From contig QPMI01000265.1 of the NCBI GenBank assembly GCA_004431415.1, forward strand, positions 24,738 through 88,737: a stretch of DNA of 64,000 nucleotides, given 5' to 3'. This stretch comes from Cyanophora paradoxa CCMP329. Its lineage: Eukaryota; Plantae; Glaucophyta. Below are positions 36,501 to 48,640 of the stretch, in pieces. Positions within the stretch are counted from its first letter, which is position 1; each line of letters starts with the position of its first letter. The notes under the pieces are model-generated. The model was given only the letters and a program-made list of their open reading frames with translations, was not told where the DNA came from and did not search any database. Position numbers and translations under genes: made by a program.

Positions 36501-36791
36501 TATGCATTTATAATGATTACCTGGGCGTGACGGCGTCACAAAACACTACCGTGACGGCGAGTCTGCGCTGACGTATCTTTTCTATTGAGTTCTTCAGAAG
36601 CTTGTACCCGTTTTTGTTAGCGAAAAAAATCGACCCCTTCTGAAAAGCGACACAGGTAGAGCTCACTTCGTTCGCCGCTTCGCGGCTTCTCTGCGTTCGC
36701 GACGAGTTTACGACGAAAGTCAGTGCTATACCCAGCTTGCATGCGCTAGCTGGGCTCGCGTGCCGAATTACGCGCAAGGAATCGACTCACG

Positions 36792-39700
36792 ATGCCGTCC
36801 TACTGGTCGCTCGTGTGCGAGAACGGGCGCCAGGTTCGTCCTGCGAACGCGATAGCGGCGCGTCGCGCGCGGATCTAGCACTCGGTCCAGTGTCTCTAAA
36901 TGCGTGGAGTAGGTAGCGCACGTATTCGGCGGCCCTCCCCGCTCCCGCCGCGAGTTGCGGTGCTGGAAGCGCGTTAAAGAAGTAGCGCCCGCCGTGCTGG
37001 GCTGCCGGGGCCTCTTGTTGAATTAGCGATTCGAGCGCAGTCGCTCCCACGCCTACAGGCTGCCGTGCCGGCTTGACCTCCCTACTGTGTGCAGGTGTGG
37101 AAGTACATCGAGGCCGGTCAGTATGTCGCGTCCGAAAAGGCCGCAGAGTTCAACCGGAGATGCAACGAGGCGCGCGACCTCTTCACGAAGAACCGTTTGA
37201 CGCAGAAGGCGCGCCGTTACCGGCCCGAGCGCCTGGCGTGACGCGGATCCTCGGGCGGGCTGACGCGGGTGCAGAACTCGGCGGACCGCATCTACCGGCT
37301 GCAGAGAGCGGTGTTCGGGCCAGCGTCGGCGAAGAAGGCGCAGGTCGGGGTGGAGAGTCCGAGCGGCGCGAAGGCGAAGACGCCCGAGGAGGCTGCGCGG
37401 CGCGCGACGAGCTTCTTCTCCGAGCTGCAGGACGACGACGGCCACTGGCCCGCTGGTCCGCCTCCCCTACCCGCCGCGCGCTGAAACCTGAGCGCCGCCC
37501 TCGCAGACTACGGCGGTCCGATGTTCCTCCTCCCGGGTGCGCCCTTGGCGGGGCGGAGGGGGCGGGGCGGGCGCTGAGGGGTGCGGCGCAGGGCTCGTGT
37601 TCACGTGCTACATCTCGAAGACGGAGCTGTCGGCCGCGCAGAAGTCGGAGATGATCCGCTACCTCACCAACCACCAGAACGCCGACGGCGGCTGGGGGAC
37701 GTGCGCGCCGCCAGCCGCCCGGCGGGGGCGGGGGGCGACGGGGCGGCAGGCACATCGAGAGCAAGTCGACGATGTTCGGGTCGACGCTGAACTACGTGGC
37801 GCTGCGCGTCCTCGGCGTCCCCAAGGACGACCCCCGCGCCATCGCCGGCCGCAACTTCCTGAAGTCCCAGGGCGGCGCCGTAGGGGCCCCCTCCTGGGCC
37901 AAGTTCTGGGCCCGCCCCGCCCCGCCCCGCGCCCCGGCGCCGCTGACCCGGCCCCAGCTCGCCGCCATGAACCTCTATGACTGGAACGGGCTCAACCCCA
38001 TCACCCCGGAGCTCTGGCACGCCGCCCCGCCCCGCCCCGCCCCGCCCCGCCCGCTGACCCCCGCCAGGCTGCTCCCGTACTGGGCGCCGGTGTGCCCGGG
38101 GCGCATGTGGTGCCACTGCCGCGTGGTGTACCTGCCGATGGCGTACGTGTACGGGGCGCGGGCCGTGCCGCCCCTCGACGAGCTTCTCCTCTCGCTGCGC
38201 GAGGCGCCCCGCCCGCCGCCCCGCCGTCGCCGCGACGTGACGCGCGCGCAGGAGATCCACGCGGAGCCGTACGAGCAGATCCGCTGGAGCTCCCTCCGCG
38301 ACAACTGCCACCCCAACGACACCTACACGAAGCAGTCCTGGGTCCTGAAGATCACCAACCGTGCGCCCCGCGCGCCCCCGGGTCCCCCCGCAGGCGGGCG
38401 AGGGCCCCCGCAGGGTTGACGGTGCTGTACGAGAAGATCTACATCCCGTGGCTGCGGCGGCGGGCCCTCAAGTGCTGCATCGACCACATCCAGTCCGAGG
38501 ACCGCAACACCAAGTACATCTGCATCGGGCCGGTGGGCGGGGCGGGGCGGGGGCGGGGCGGCGGCGGGGGGCGAGCGGGAGGGCGGGCGCGCAGGTGAAC
38601 AAGACGATGAACATGCTCTCGATCTTCCACGAGTTCGGGGAGTGCGAGGCGCTGGAGCGGCACCGGGAGCGCCTCGCCGACTACCTCTGGCTCGCCGAGG
38701 ACGGCATGAAGATGCAGGGCTACAACGGCTCCCAGCTCTGGGACTGCGCCTTCGCCGTCCAGGCCATGATCACCACGGGCCCGCCCCGCCCCGCGCCCCC
38801 GCCCCGCCCCCCGGCTGACTTCACCCCGCGCAGGCCTCACCGCCGAGCTCCAGGAGACGCTCGCCAAGGCGTACATGTACATCGACACTTCGCAGGCGCG
38901 GCGCGGCTCGCGCGCTGGCGGGGCGCGGGGCCGGCGGGGGGCGAGCGAAACGCCGGCAGGTGCGGGAGGACGTGCCGGAGATGGCCAAGTACTACCGCCA
39001 CATCTCCAACGGGGCCTGGCCCTTCAGCACCATCGACCACGGCTGGCCCATCTCCGACTGCACCGCCGAGGGCCTCAAGGCCACCCTCATGCTCCACAAG
39101 CTCCCGTGCGCCCCGCAGGCCGCCGCGCGCCGGCCGCGCGCCGCGGCGGGTGAGCCGGCGCAGGTACATCAAGAAGTCGCGGCGGATCTCGGACGAGCGG
39201 CTCTTCGACGCCGTCAACGTCATCCTCTCGCTGCAGAGCGTCGATGGGGGTTGGGCGACCTACGAGCAGCGCCGCGGCTCCTACCTCCTCGAGCTCATCA
39301 ACCCCTCCGAGGTCTTCGGTGCGGTGGCCCCTGCGCCGCCGCCGGCGCGGGGCCGGCGACGGGGCGGCAGGGGAGATCATGGTGGACTACCCGTGCGTGG
39401 AGTGCACGTCGGCCTGCGTCACCGCCCTCTCCGCCTTCATGAAGGACTACCCCGAGCACCGCGCCAAGGAGCTCAAGTGCGCCTCCCGCCGCCGCCGCCG
39501 CCGCCCCGCCGACGCCGGCGCAGGAAGGCGGTGCAGCGCGGCGTGCGCTTCATCAAGCAGATCCAGCGCAAGGACGGCTCCTGGTGCCGCCCGCCGCCCC
39601 GCCGGCCCGAGCGGGGGCCTCACGGGGCGCAGGATGGGCTCCTGGGCGGTCTGCTTCACGTACGGGGCCTGGTTCGGCGTCTCGGGCCTGGTGGCGGCCG

Positions 39701-40244
39701 GCGAGAGCCTCGACTCGCCCGCCATCCGCAAGGCCTGCCAGTACCTCGTCGACCGCCAGCGCCCCGACGGAGGCTGGGGTCCGCCCCCGCCCCCGCCCGC
39801 CCCCGCCCTCACCGCCTGACCGCGGCGGCCGGCAGGGGAGTGCTACCTGGTGCGGGGGCGGGGCGCGGGGTGCGGGGGCGGCGGGGCGGACGCTGAGCTG
39901 GGCGCAGTCGTGCGTGGAGAAGAAGTACGTGCAGAACCCGGAGCGCTCGCAGGTCGTCGACACGGCCTGGGCCCTCATCGCCCTCATGACCGCCCACTGG
40001 CACGACCCCGCCCCCGTCAAGAAGGGCATCCAGGCGCGTCCCGGCCCGCCCCGCCCCGTGCCGCCCGGGCCGACGCCGGGTGCAGTTCCTGGTCGAGAGC
40101 CAGCTGGCGAACGGGGACTGGCCGCAGCAGGGGATCAGCGGCGTGTTCAACCGCAACTGCATGATCACGTACACCACGTACCGCAACACCTTCCCCACGT
40201 GGGCCATCGGCCTCTACACCAACCACTACTCCAAGAACCATTAG
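36792..40244 (+). CDS. CAS1: Oxidosqualene cyclase, cycloartenol synthase type (19 introns traced)
   Basis: [61 protein letters not shown] motifs. The Tyr/His/Ile triad equivalent to AtCAS Y410/H477/I481 indicates cycloartenol. Confidence 0.95.
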
Positions 40245-40420
40245 CCCCGCCCGCCCTCCCCCGCTCCCTCTCGAGCCCCACGCCGCCTCGCGAAGCGTGC
40301 AGCGCGTGCAGCGAAGTGCAGCTCGCGCGGGCGCGATCGCTTGAAAAGGGACGATCTGCATTGAAACGAACTAAAGAAGGCTGCGGGTGCGGGGGAGGGG
40401 CTAAGGAGGGGCCGGGGGCT

Positions 40421-42730
40421 CTAGACGGCGATCTCGCCCTCTTCGTACTCGCGCTGCTTGACCTCCTTGACGGGGATGCTCGTGACGAGGGCCTTGGTGG
40501 TGAGGACGAGGGCCCCCACCGAGCACGCGTTCTCGAGGGCGGAGCGCGTGACCTTGGCGGGGTCGAGCACGCCGGCCTCCATCATGTCCTCGATCTTGCC
40601 CGTCGACGCGTTGTAGCCGACGCTGAACGGCAGGTCCCGCACCTTGGCGACGATCACGTCGCCCTCCTCCCCGGCGTTGTGCGCGATCTGCCGCAGCGGC
40701 GCGAGCATCGCCTTGATGACGACGTCGGCGCCCATGCGCTCGTCCTCGTCGGCGAGGCTGGCCTTGTACTCCTCCACGCGGGGGACGAGCTTGACGAGGC
40801 AGGTGCCGCCGCCGGGGATGACGCCCTCCTCGACGGCCGCCTTGGTCGCGTTCACGGCGTCCTCGAAGCGCAGCTTGTTCGACTCCATCTCCGTCTCCGT
40901 CATCGCCCCCACCTTGATCACCGCCAGCCCGCCTGCCCGCCCCGTCGGCCCCGCCCCGCCCACCCCGGCGGGGGGCCTGCGCAGGGGCGCACCGGCGAGC
41001 TTGTTGATGCGCTCTGTGAGCTTCTCCTTGTCGTAGTAGGTGTCGGCCTCGGCGAGGTCCTTCTGCAGCTGCTTCACCCGCGACTGCAGCTCCTCCGGGT
41101 TCGCCGAGTCTGCCGCCCCGCGTCGGCCCCCGTCCCGCCCCCGCCCCGCGCCCCGCGCCCCAGCCGCCGCGCACTCGAGACGAGGACGGTCTTGCCCTGG
41201 TACACAAAGACCTTGCGGGCCGTCCCTAGGTCCTCCATCTTCGCCGTCTCCAGCTTCACGCCCTGGTCCTCGATGAAGGCCCGCCCGCCTGCGGCCCCGC
41301 GTGTCGGCCGCCGCTCGGCGAGGCGGGGCCGAGGGGGGCCGCGCGAGGGACGGATGGCGGACCGGTGAGGATGGCGATGTCCTCGAGGTTCTGCCTCCGG
41401 CGGTCGGCGAAGGAGGGGGCGCGGATGGCGGCGACGTTGAGGACGCCGGCGATCTTGTTGAGCACGAGGGTCTGCAGGGCCTCCCCGCTGACGTCGTCGG
41501 CGATGATGAGGAGCGGCTTGCCGGCCTGCGTGACCTTCTCGAGGATGGGCACGATGTCCGCCACGCTCTTGATCTTGAGGTCCGTCAGCAGGATCTTCGC
41601 GTCCTCGAACTCGACCAGCGAGCGCGACTGGTTGTTGATGAACTGCGCCGAGATGTAGCCGCGGTCGATCTCCATCCCCTCCTCCACCTCCACGACCGTC
41701 TCCGTCGACTGCGAGCTCTCAAGAGTGATGACGCCCGTGCGCCCCACCTGCTTCATCGCGTCCCCTGCCCGCGTGCCGCCTCAGCGCCCCCTCGCGCGGC
41801 CCCGGCGCGGGGCGCCCCGCACCGATGATCTTGCCGATTTCAGGGTCCGACGCGGAGATGGTGGCGACCTTCTCGAACTCGTCGTCCGCGATCCTCGTCG
41901 CGACCTTCGTCACCTCCTCGCGCACGAACTGGCACGTCTTGTCGATGCCCCGCTTGATCCCGATAGGGTTCGCGCCGGCCGCCACCAGCCGCAGACCCTC
42001 GTTCACGATCTCGCGCGCCAGCACGGTCGCTGGCGAAGCGGAGGCGTCGAAAAAGGAGGAGGAAACCAATGCGCGGCGTTCCGACGCCCCGCGCACCGGT
42101 TGTCGTCCCGTCGCCGGCCACATCATTCGTGCGCGAAGCGATCTCCTGGACAAGGCGCACGCCTGCTCGGAGGTCGGCGCACGACCGCTCCCATGGCAAG
42201 CTAGCCGCGCGCACCTGCGTTTTCCTCGGGATTCTCGAGCTCGACCTGCTGGGCGATTGTGACGCCGTCGTTGACTGCAGGCACGAGCGGCGTCAGGAAA
42301 GCGCGCGCGGCTGCGGACGCCCTGCGTACCGATGTAAGGCGCCCCGAACTTGTTCTGGAGCACGACGTTGCGGCCCTTGGGACCCATGCTGAAGGTTCGA
42401 GAATGTTCAGAGGCGGAAGGGCACCGATCTCGTGATCGGGGGGAGGCGGGCTCACGTAAGCGCGACTGCGTTGGCCACGGCCTCCACCCCGCGCCGCAGA
42501 GCTTCCTGGGAGTGCTCGTCGAAGGACACAATCTTGGACATGCGGATCCCCGTCTGGCTGGCGCTAGCGCGGATCCTCCGCTCTGCATCGCGCTGGCCCT
42601 GGAAGAAGCGGCGTGTGCTAGAGAGCGCCGAAGGAGGTGCGCGCCGAAGGCTCGAGAAGCTCGAGCTAAGACCGAGCTTCTTCTGTGAGACCACCGAGGC
42701 GGCTGCCGGGACAACGAATGCGTGATCCAT
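40421..42730 (-). CDS. Plastid-targeted chaperonin 60 (Cpn60-alpha/GroEL2-like)
   Basis: Ser/Ala/Arg-rich transit peptide MDHAFVVP..., then MSKIVSFDE...[38 protein letters not shown]. Confidence 0.95.
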
Positions 42731-42952
42731 GAGCCGTGAACAATCCCGAACAAGCCCGCGAGCTGTGATGGAGGACCCGAACGCACAAATCGCAGTCCGC
42801 AATCGCGTACCCGCCTAACACAGATAGCGCTCTCCCAGCATCGCAGTTTGCGTCCCAGCTCTCAACTAGAGACATCGCAGACCTAGCCGGCACCTCGCGG
42901 CGGCCTCGTGAGTGGCCTAGCCTGGCCGGTGCGGGTGCGGCGGCGGGGCGCG

Positions 42953-45900
42953 ATGTACGGCCGGCGCCCGCCCTCAAGCTCGGCCCATGTGCGCACCCGC
43001 ACCGGCCAGGCATGCTACAAGCGCCTGAACGCTGCTGGTCGCGCAGGGCCGCTTCCGAGGCGACGCGGACCAGGTTGCAGGGCCAGACTGGCCAGAGTTG
43101 CGGTGGGCCATGCTTATAGCTTGCTGTCTTCACGTAGCTACTCTAGATCTCTCATCGCCAGCGCGGTGGCTTATCGACCTCGATTCGATTGCAGCCACCG
43201 AGTGGAGTCGCTTTGGGCTGAGCTCCACATCCCTAAGCGGGAGCGGGAGCACTTTGCCTACAACTACCTCGCAGCCAGCACGCCCGAGAACATGCAGAAG
43301 ATCAGCCACCACATCAACGCGCTGCTGGAGCACAGGGCGCGCACGATAGAGGTATTGAAGCGCATTGAAGTGCGAGAGGACGTCGGGAAGCGTTTGAAGC
43401 TTGCCATCAAGTGCGCCGCGCCCTCCGACAAACCCCGCGCTCCGCGAGCTTACCTCGCGCCAGTTCGGGGGCGGATCGAATGGAGCTCGCCGACCTCCTC
43501 GGGCAGTTCGAGCACTGCACGGCCGAGGTCCTCACGTCCATACTTGAGTGGCGGGTGCACGCCGATTCCTTTCCCTTCTTTCTTGTCGCCGCCTGAGCCG
43601 CGCTCGCGCCTTCCCCGCAGTCCGGCCTCTCCAGACCACAGGCGCGTCTCGGCGCTCTCTGCCTGTTTGATCGATCTAACGCACGAGAAGGCATTCGTCT
43701 TCAACGGAGCGAACTACATCCTGAAGATCCGCAGCGACTGCCAGATGACGGGGGAGGCCGGCGCGGCGCTGCAGCGCTTCCCTCTCCTGCAGACCCTCTC
43801 TCAGGTCGCGAGCGCCGTGGCCGAGGGTCCGCCGTCCGCCGCCCCGCGCGCACGCCGCGGTGGCTGAGGGGGCGGCAGGGCGGGACCCGGAGGCGGTGGT
43901 GGCGGCGGTGGGGAGCCCCGTGCAGGGGCGGCGATCGAGCTCGGATTCGAACGCGTCGTCGTCGCGGGGCCGGTCGCCGCCGGGGACGGCGGGGCGGGGC
44001 GAGGCGGCGCAGGCGGGGCTCGAGGCGCTCGTGCGCGCCGTCGTCCTCGAGGAGCGCCTCCAGGCGCAGCTCAAGAAGGAGCGCGAGGCCCTCCTCGCCT
44101 CCGGCTTCTACGCCCCGACCCTCCGCGTCCACGGCTACGAGCGGTCCGCCCCGCCCCGCCCCGCCTCCCGCCCCGCCTCCCGCACCTTGCCGCGCCCCGC
44201 GCCCGACGCTAATGCCCTCGCCGCGCAGGCCCATCTGCCCCTTGGCGCCCTCCTCGCGGGCAGCGGCAGCCGTCAAGGCGGCTGCAGCGGCCGGCGGCGT
44301 TGGCCGCGGCCGGCCGGACGCTCCCGACGCCCTGCAGGGCTGGTCGCAGCCGCCCGACGTGCTGCGCGCCGGCTCGGCCCCCTCGCGGCCCCTCGCCGCG
44401 CCGGCCCCTCGCCCTGCCCCCCTCCACGGCAGCCCCTCCGGCACCTCACTCTCCTCCACCGCCGGCGCCGACCCACGCTCCCCCAGCGGCACCACCTCTC
44501 CGCCCGCCTCCCGCCCCGGCACCTCCTCGCGCGTGCAGCCCGATGCGGTGCGGGGCAGCCCGCCTTCCTCGAACGGCGCGGCACAGCACAGGAGCAACGG
44601 GCGCTCAAGCGGCGGCCGCCTCAGCGACGGCCACGAGAGCTCCGATGCCGGCCCCGCGGGGCCGCAGAGCGGAGCTTGGGGAGAGGGGAGCGGGGGCGTG
44701 CCGGGTGGCCCGGCGCTGGCGCGGGTGGCGAACGCGCTGCTGGCGATCTCGACGGACCTGGAGCTGGGGCAGTGCATGCGGCAGGTCTCGCGGGCGGCGC
44801 GCGAGCTCGTCGACGGCGACGAGGCGATGGTCTACCTCATCGACGACGTCCGGCGCGAGCTCTTCTCCGCCGGGCCCGACTCCCGCACCGCCCCGCGCCC
44901 CGCCCCCGCCCCCACCCCGGCCTTCCCGGGCGTGACCTCGGGCCTCGTCGAGAACGAGACGCGCTTCGCGATCCACCGGGACAACGGCCTCGCCGCCACC
45001 TGCGCCGTCCACGCCCGCCTCATGAACCTCCCCGACGCCCAGCTCGACCCCCGCTTCAACCCCAAGTTCGACCTCGGGGGGCGGGCCCCCGGGGAGGAGC
45101 GGGGGCGGCGGGCCCTCCCGATGCTCGTGGCGCCACTGCGGGAGCCGTCGGGGGAGCTGCTCGGGGTGCTCGAGGTGGCGCGGCGGAGCGCAGCGCGGCC
45201 CTTCGGGGCGCCCGAGGAGGCCCTGCTGGAGCTCGTGGCGGCCCAGGCGGGGACGGCGCTGCGGAACGCGCTGCGGTACGAGGGGGCGCTGCGGGGCAAG
45301 CGGATGGCGGACGAGCTCGTGGAGGTCGTCAAGAGCCTCTCTCAGCAGCTCGACATGCCTTCGCTGCTCGAGAAGGTCCGCCGCAACGCCGCCTCCATCC
45401 TCAACGCCAACGCCTGCGTCATCCACGTGCGCCCGCCCCGCCCCGCCCCGCCCCGCCCCGCCCCGCCCCGCCCCGCCGGCCGTCGCCGAGGCCGGCCGGC
45501 AGCTCGTGGACGCGGAGCGGCACGAGCTCGTCACCGTCCACTCGAGCTCCGAGGAGCCCGGCGACGGCCGCGTCCTCAACGAGGCCCGCCCCGCCCGCCG
45601 CAGGGCTGCGCCGCGCGGGGCGACCGGCGGGGCTGACGGGGCGCGGGGCGCAGGAGGGGCTGGTGGAGGAGCGGCGGCCGCTGGGCGAGGGCCTCGCCGG
45701 CTGGGTCGCCCTCAACGGCAAGACCCTCAACACCTCCTCCCGCTCCTCCGTCGCCCAGCTCAAGAAGCCCGGCGAGCGCGCCTGGCTCCTCACCGGCCAC
45801 TTCCGCACCCTCCTCGCCCTGCCCCTCCATGACCCCGCCGGCCAAGTAATCGGTGTCATCGAGGTGCGGGACAAGCGGCTCGGCGAGCCGGGGGCGATCG

Positions 45901-46244
45901 GGGCGCGCTTCGCGCCCGGGCGGGGCTCGCGGCGGGCGTCGGTGGTGCTGGCGGGGAGCGAGGAGGGCGAGGCGGACTCGGGATTCAACGCGGAGGACGA
46001 GGAGGTGCTGGAGGCGATCGGCGTGCAGACGGGCATCATGCTGCGCAACGCGCGCCTCTACCAGGAGACGCGCGAGGCGCAGGCGCGCGTGCAGACGCTG
46101 CTGGAGATCTCCAAGGCCCTCTCCTCGAACGAGCTCGACATCGGCGGCCTCGTCACGACGATCATGACCAAGGCCCGCGACCTCATGGACGCCGACCGCT
46201 GCTCCCTCTTTCTCATCGGTGCGCCGCCCCCCCCCCCCCCCCCC

Positions 46245-46277
<33 letters not shown>

Positions 46278-48287
46278 CCGCCCGGCCCGGGGCGTGACGG
46301 GCGGGCAGACCACGAGAAGAAGCAGCTCTTCTCGACGATGGCGGACGGGTCGGTGGAACTGCGCTTCAGCATGAATCAGGGGATCGCCGGGCACGTCGCC
46401 ACCACCGGTGAGGTCGTCAACATCGAGGACGCCGTGCGTGCACCCCCCCTCCCCCCCGCCGCCCCGCACCGCGGCCCGACCCGCGGCGGCAGTACCGGGA
46501 CCCGCGCTTCAACCAGGAGATCGACAAGAAGACGGGGTACACAACGCGCTCGATCCTGTGCGGGCCCCTCCGCAACAAGGACGGCGACGTCGTCGGCGTA
46601 ACCCAGGGTGCGCGGGGCGGGGCGGGGCGGGGCGCGGGCCCGGCCTCACGCGGGGCGCGGGGCAGTGATCAACAAGCGGGGCCGGCCCTTCAACAAGCAG
46701 GACGAGGAGCTCCTCCTCGCCTTCACCTCCCAGGCCGGAGGCGCGCCCCGCCCCGCCCCCGGCCCCCGCCCCCGGGCCCTGACGGAGGCGCGCAGTGGCC
46801 ATCCAGAACTCGCAGCTCTTCAAGATGACGGTGGAGATGACGAACTTCAAGAAGTCCATCCTGACGTCCATTACGAGCCTCGTGTTGACCCTCGACTTGG
46901 ATGGCAAGGTGACGATGGCGAACCACGCGCCCGAGAATATCCTGGGGGCGCCGTGGACGGAGGAGGGCCTGCGGGTGACGCGCTACGAGGAGTGGAGCGC
47001 GGCGGCGAGCGCCGACCTCTACCACGACATCAAGAGCGTCTTCGAGCTGGGGGGCGAGAGGGTCGGCAAGGACTGCGAGCTCAAGCTCCGCGACGCCCGC
47101 AACGTCTCCGTCAACTACAACATCGTGCCCCTCCTCGACGGCCAGAACGCCAAGAAGGGCGTCGTCCTCATCATCGGCGCGCCGTCCCGCCCCGCGCCCC
47201 CGCCCCGCCCTCCCCCCGCGCGGGGCCTGACGGGGCGGCGCAGAGGACATCTCGCCGGCGAAGAGGGCGCTGAACACGCTGCACCGCTACCTCTCGCCGC
47301 AGCTGGCGGAGGCGGTGCTGCAGGCGGGCGGGGCGCAGCTGGGGGGCGTGCGGAAGAAGGTGACGATCCTCTTCAGCGACATCCGCCGGTTCACGTCGCT
47401 GACGGAGAACATGGCGGACCCGACGAGCGTCGTCGCCCTCCTCAACGACTACCTCTCCGAGATGGTCGACTGCATCTTCGAGGAGAAGGGGATCCTCGAC
47501 AAGTACATCGGCGACGCCGTCATGGCCGTCTTCGGCGTCCCCTTCACCGATAAGCTCGACAGCGTGCGCGCCTGCTGCTGCGCCCTCAAGATGACCCAGC
47601 GCCTCGCCTCCTTCAACAAGAAGCGCACGGAGCGCGGCGACCCGCCCCTCGCCATCGGCATCGGCATCAACACGGGCCTCGTCGTCTCGGGGAACATCGG
47701 GTCGGAGAAGCGGCTGGAGTACACGGTGATCGGGGACGGGGTGAACCTGGGGTCGCGCCTGGAGGGGGCGACAAAGAGCTTCGGGGTGACCGTCCTCATC
47801 TCCGAGTTCACGTACGAGGAGGTCAGCACCGAGTTCATCACCCGCGAGCTGTGCGGCCCCGCCCCGCCCCGCCCCGCCCCGCCCCGCCCCGCCCCGCCCG
47901 CCCGCCCCGCCCCGCCCCGCCCCGCCCCGCCCCCGAGCCGCCCTGCAGGGACGCAATCCGCGTCGTCGGCAAGTCGCACCCCATCCGCGTCTATGAGCTC
48001 GTCGGCTTCAAGGACGAGAGTGCGCGCCGCGCGCCCCGCGCCGCCCTGCGGGGCCGACGGGGCGCGCAGAGCTGCCGGCGGCGCGGGCGGAGAGCATTGA
48101 ACTCTTCGCGCGGGGCCTGGAGCGGTACCGGGCGATGGACTGGGCGGCGGCCGAGGAGGCCTTCGAGCGAGCGTGGAGCGTGGCCCAGGACCCGCCCTCG
48201 CGCGTCTTCCTCGACCGCTGCAGGCAGCTCAGCAAGGAACCCCCGCCCCCCGACTGGGACCGCGTCTGGAGCATGACCGACAAGTAG
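42953..48287 (+). CDS. Class IIIb adenylyl cyclase: helical N-domain, 3 GAF, PAS, CHD, TPR-like tail
   Basis: GAF motifs DPRFN and NK...F...DE. Cyclase [23 protein letters not shown] and [17 protein letters not shown] (Lys/Thr pair indicates ATP specificity). Start and N-domain fusion inferred. Confidence 0.88.
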
Positions 48288-48640
48288 CCACAGCAACCCC
48301 GCCCTCCCTCGTAACCCCCCTCCCACCGGTACCGAACTCTTTCCTTTCCTTGCGCCTTGCACCATTTTACGTATAGTCATCCATGTACCTTATTTGATTC
48401 ATGATGTGCATCTAACAATCGGAATTGCATTCTCCCACGACCGGTGTTCCTCTGATCCCGGCCGAGCCAGCAACCAAAAAACGATCGAGCGTCGATAACA
48501 GTAATCACAATACGTACTACCCGGAGACCCTACGTACTACCAGGGTCGCGGGTGCACGGCTCCCGCAGCCACATAGAAAGCCCGGCACAAGGAAAACTTG
48601 GTGAAGAGATTATGAAAGAGAATTACAAGGGTGAACTGAA

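Noticed and set aside
36021-36780. Short ORFs upstream of CAS
   Set aside because: No recognisable motifs or consistent splice model
46227-46275. Long poly-C/poly-G runs (also about 13794, 17755, 26369 and 54828) as special elements
   Set aside because: They are intronic extremes of the local C/G bias, and their lengths may be sequencing artefacts
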